A stretch of 39,751 bases of DNA from an uncultured Nitrososphaerota archaeon. GTDB lineage: Archaea; Thermoproteota; Methanomethylicia; Methanomethylicales; Methanomethylicaceae. Shown here in pieces: positions 38,902-39,751 of the stretch. Position numbers and translations under genes: made by a program. The notes under the pieces are model-generated. The model was given only the letters and a program-made list of their open reading frames with translations, did no database searches and was not told where the DNA came from. Numbering within the stretch: position 1 is the stretch's first letter; each line of letters starts with the position of its first letter. The stretch is taken from contig CAZTWF010000085.1 of the NCBI GenBank assembly GCA_964617245.1, forward strand, positions 1 to 39,751. The letters run 5' to 3'.

Positions 38902-39264
38902 TTGAGAATAAAGAGCTTACATAGAAGAGTCAAATTATTCTGGACTTTGGTTATCATAATGGGAGTATTTATGGCAGCATCTTCAGTGATTCTAGTAAAA
39001 GCAGCAACACCAACAACTCCATCTACTAGTATCATTGGGTCAAGTGATATTAGTACATTAGCAATAACTTCAGCTGTATCAGTTACAGTATGTGGAGTTG
39101 CTGCAGCATATGCATTAGCACGTAGTGGTACTGCTGCAATTTCTGCTCTAGTAGAAAAGCCTGAAACTTTTTTTAAGGCATTTCTTGTTGTTACACTCTG
39201 TGAAGCTATTGCTATCTATGGTCTAGTAATATCTGTACTATTATGGATTAGAATACCTGGATAA
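38902..39264 (+). CDS. atpK: A-type ATP synthase proteolipid (c/K subunit), single hairpin with an N-terminal extension
   Basis: ALARSGTAAISALVEKPETFFKAFLVVTLCEAIAIYGLV shows a helix 1 - PE loop - helix 2 layout with a conserved Glu. The start is either TTG 38902 or ATG 38959. Confidence 0.8.
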   Translation: MRIKSLHRRVKLFWTLVIIMGVFMAASSVILVKAATPTTPSTSIIGSSDISTLAITSAVSVTVCGVAAAYALARSGTAAISALVEKPETFFKAFLVVTLCEAIAIYGLVISVLLWIRIPG

Positions 39265-39277
39265 TTAGGTGTATTCA

Positions 39278-39751
39278 ATGTTTCGTCCGGAAAGAATGTC
39301 AAAAACTTCTTTAATTTTTTTTAAATCTGATACTGAAGAAGTACTTAATGTATTAAGTAAATATGAAGCTTTTCATATAATTACAAAAGAGAATGTTATA
39401 GAGTCTGAAAATGTAAATAAATTAAAATTATTAATTGGAAGAATAGATGACATAGTAAAGAAAATAAGAAATATTCCTATTGAAGTAAAAGTAGAATCTT
39501 ATCATAGAATTTCTGAATTAAAAGATATAGCATCTTTAATTTCTAATATAGAAAATGAAATAAATGATTGTGAAAAAAAAGTAAAGGAATTTGAACAATT
39601 ATCAAATTTAGAGAATTCACTTAGTTTTCTTATTTCTCTTTGGAAACCTCTTGCTATTAAACTAGAAGAATTATCTCCAATTAAGTTCTACTCAAAGTAT
39701 TTTTCATTTATTGCTTTATACCAAAAAGAGTATTGTTCTATATCACCTAAT
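39278..39751 (+). CDS. atpI: A-type ATP synthase subunit I (a subunit), 3'-truncated by the window edge
   Basis: Hand translation gives MFRPERMSKTSLIFF..., matching the typical M.RPE.M N-terminus. The frame stays open for all 158 codons to the window end. Confidence 0.8.
   Translation, partial: MFRPERMSKTSLIFFKSDTEEVLNVLSKYEAFHIITKENVIESENVNKLKLLIGRIDDIVKKIRNIPIEVKVESYHRISELKDIASLISNIENEINDCEKKVKEFEQLSNLENSLSFLISLWKPLAIKLEELSPIKFYSKYFSFIALYQKEYCSISPN

Noticed and set aside
1-39751. Scan for tRNA, rRNA, SRP RNA, RNase P RNA, C/D-box sRNAs, CRISPR arrays and IS, integrase or toxin-antitoxin genes
   Set aside because: In this AT-rich background structured RNAs should stand out as GC-rich islands of at least 60 nt, and none was seen. 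Intergenic spacers are mostly under 70 nt and lack RTGATGA...CTGA box pairs. No transposase, integrase or repeat-spacer pattern was found. Eye-scanning cannot exclude small AT-rich sRNAs.

Overview
AT-rich (about 30% GC by eye), tightly packed archaeal chromosome segment. There are no rRNA or tRNA genes, CRISPR arrays, transposases or integrases. Positions 1-24.3 kb carry mixed-strand housekeeping and information-processing genes: RNase Z, a THUMP tRNA methyltransferase, PRPP synthetase, two radical-SAM genes, GPN-loop GTPase, UppS, an M24 peptidase, HypE, HypA, S8e, SRP19, Gar1, TFB, an RPC34/TFE-beta-like protein, RlmE, Nop5, fibrillarin, RNase HII, Trm1, S30e, AdoMet decarboxylase, ProRS and EndoQ. 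Positions 24.3-39.75 kb form one uninterrupted plus-strand block of about 25 overlapping or Shine-Dalgarno-coupled genes. That block holds an Mrp-type antiporter module, two polyferredoxins (4 and 10 CxxCxxCxxxC motifs), a group-4 membrane-bound [NiFe]-hydrogenase core (NuoI, NuoB, NuoD and NuoH homologues, with no NuoC homologue seen), and directly after it an A1AO ATP synthase cluster in the unusual order F-E-A-B-D-(46 aa)-K-I. The observations most worth follow-up are (1) this hybrid Mbh-like / Eha-Ehb-like hydrogenase abutting the ATP synthase, (2) a PflX-like radical-SAM gene split exactly before its CxxxCxxC motif by a GC- and CpG-rich palindromic patch (frameshift pseudogene or short mRNA intron), and (3) an RPC34/TFE-beta-like winged-helix 4-Cys protein next to TFB. 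All calls rest on motif recognition in the supplied translations. No database search was run.
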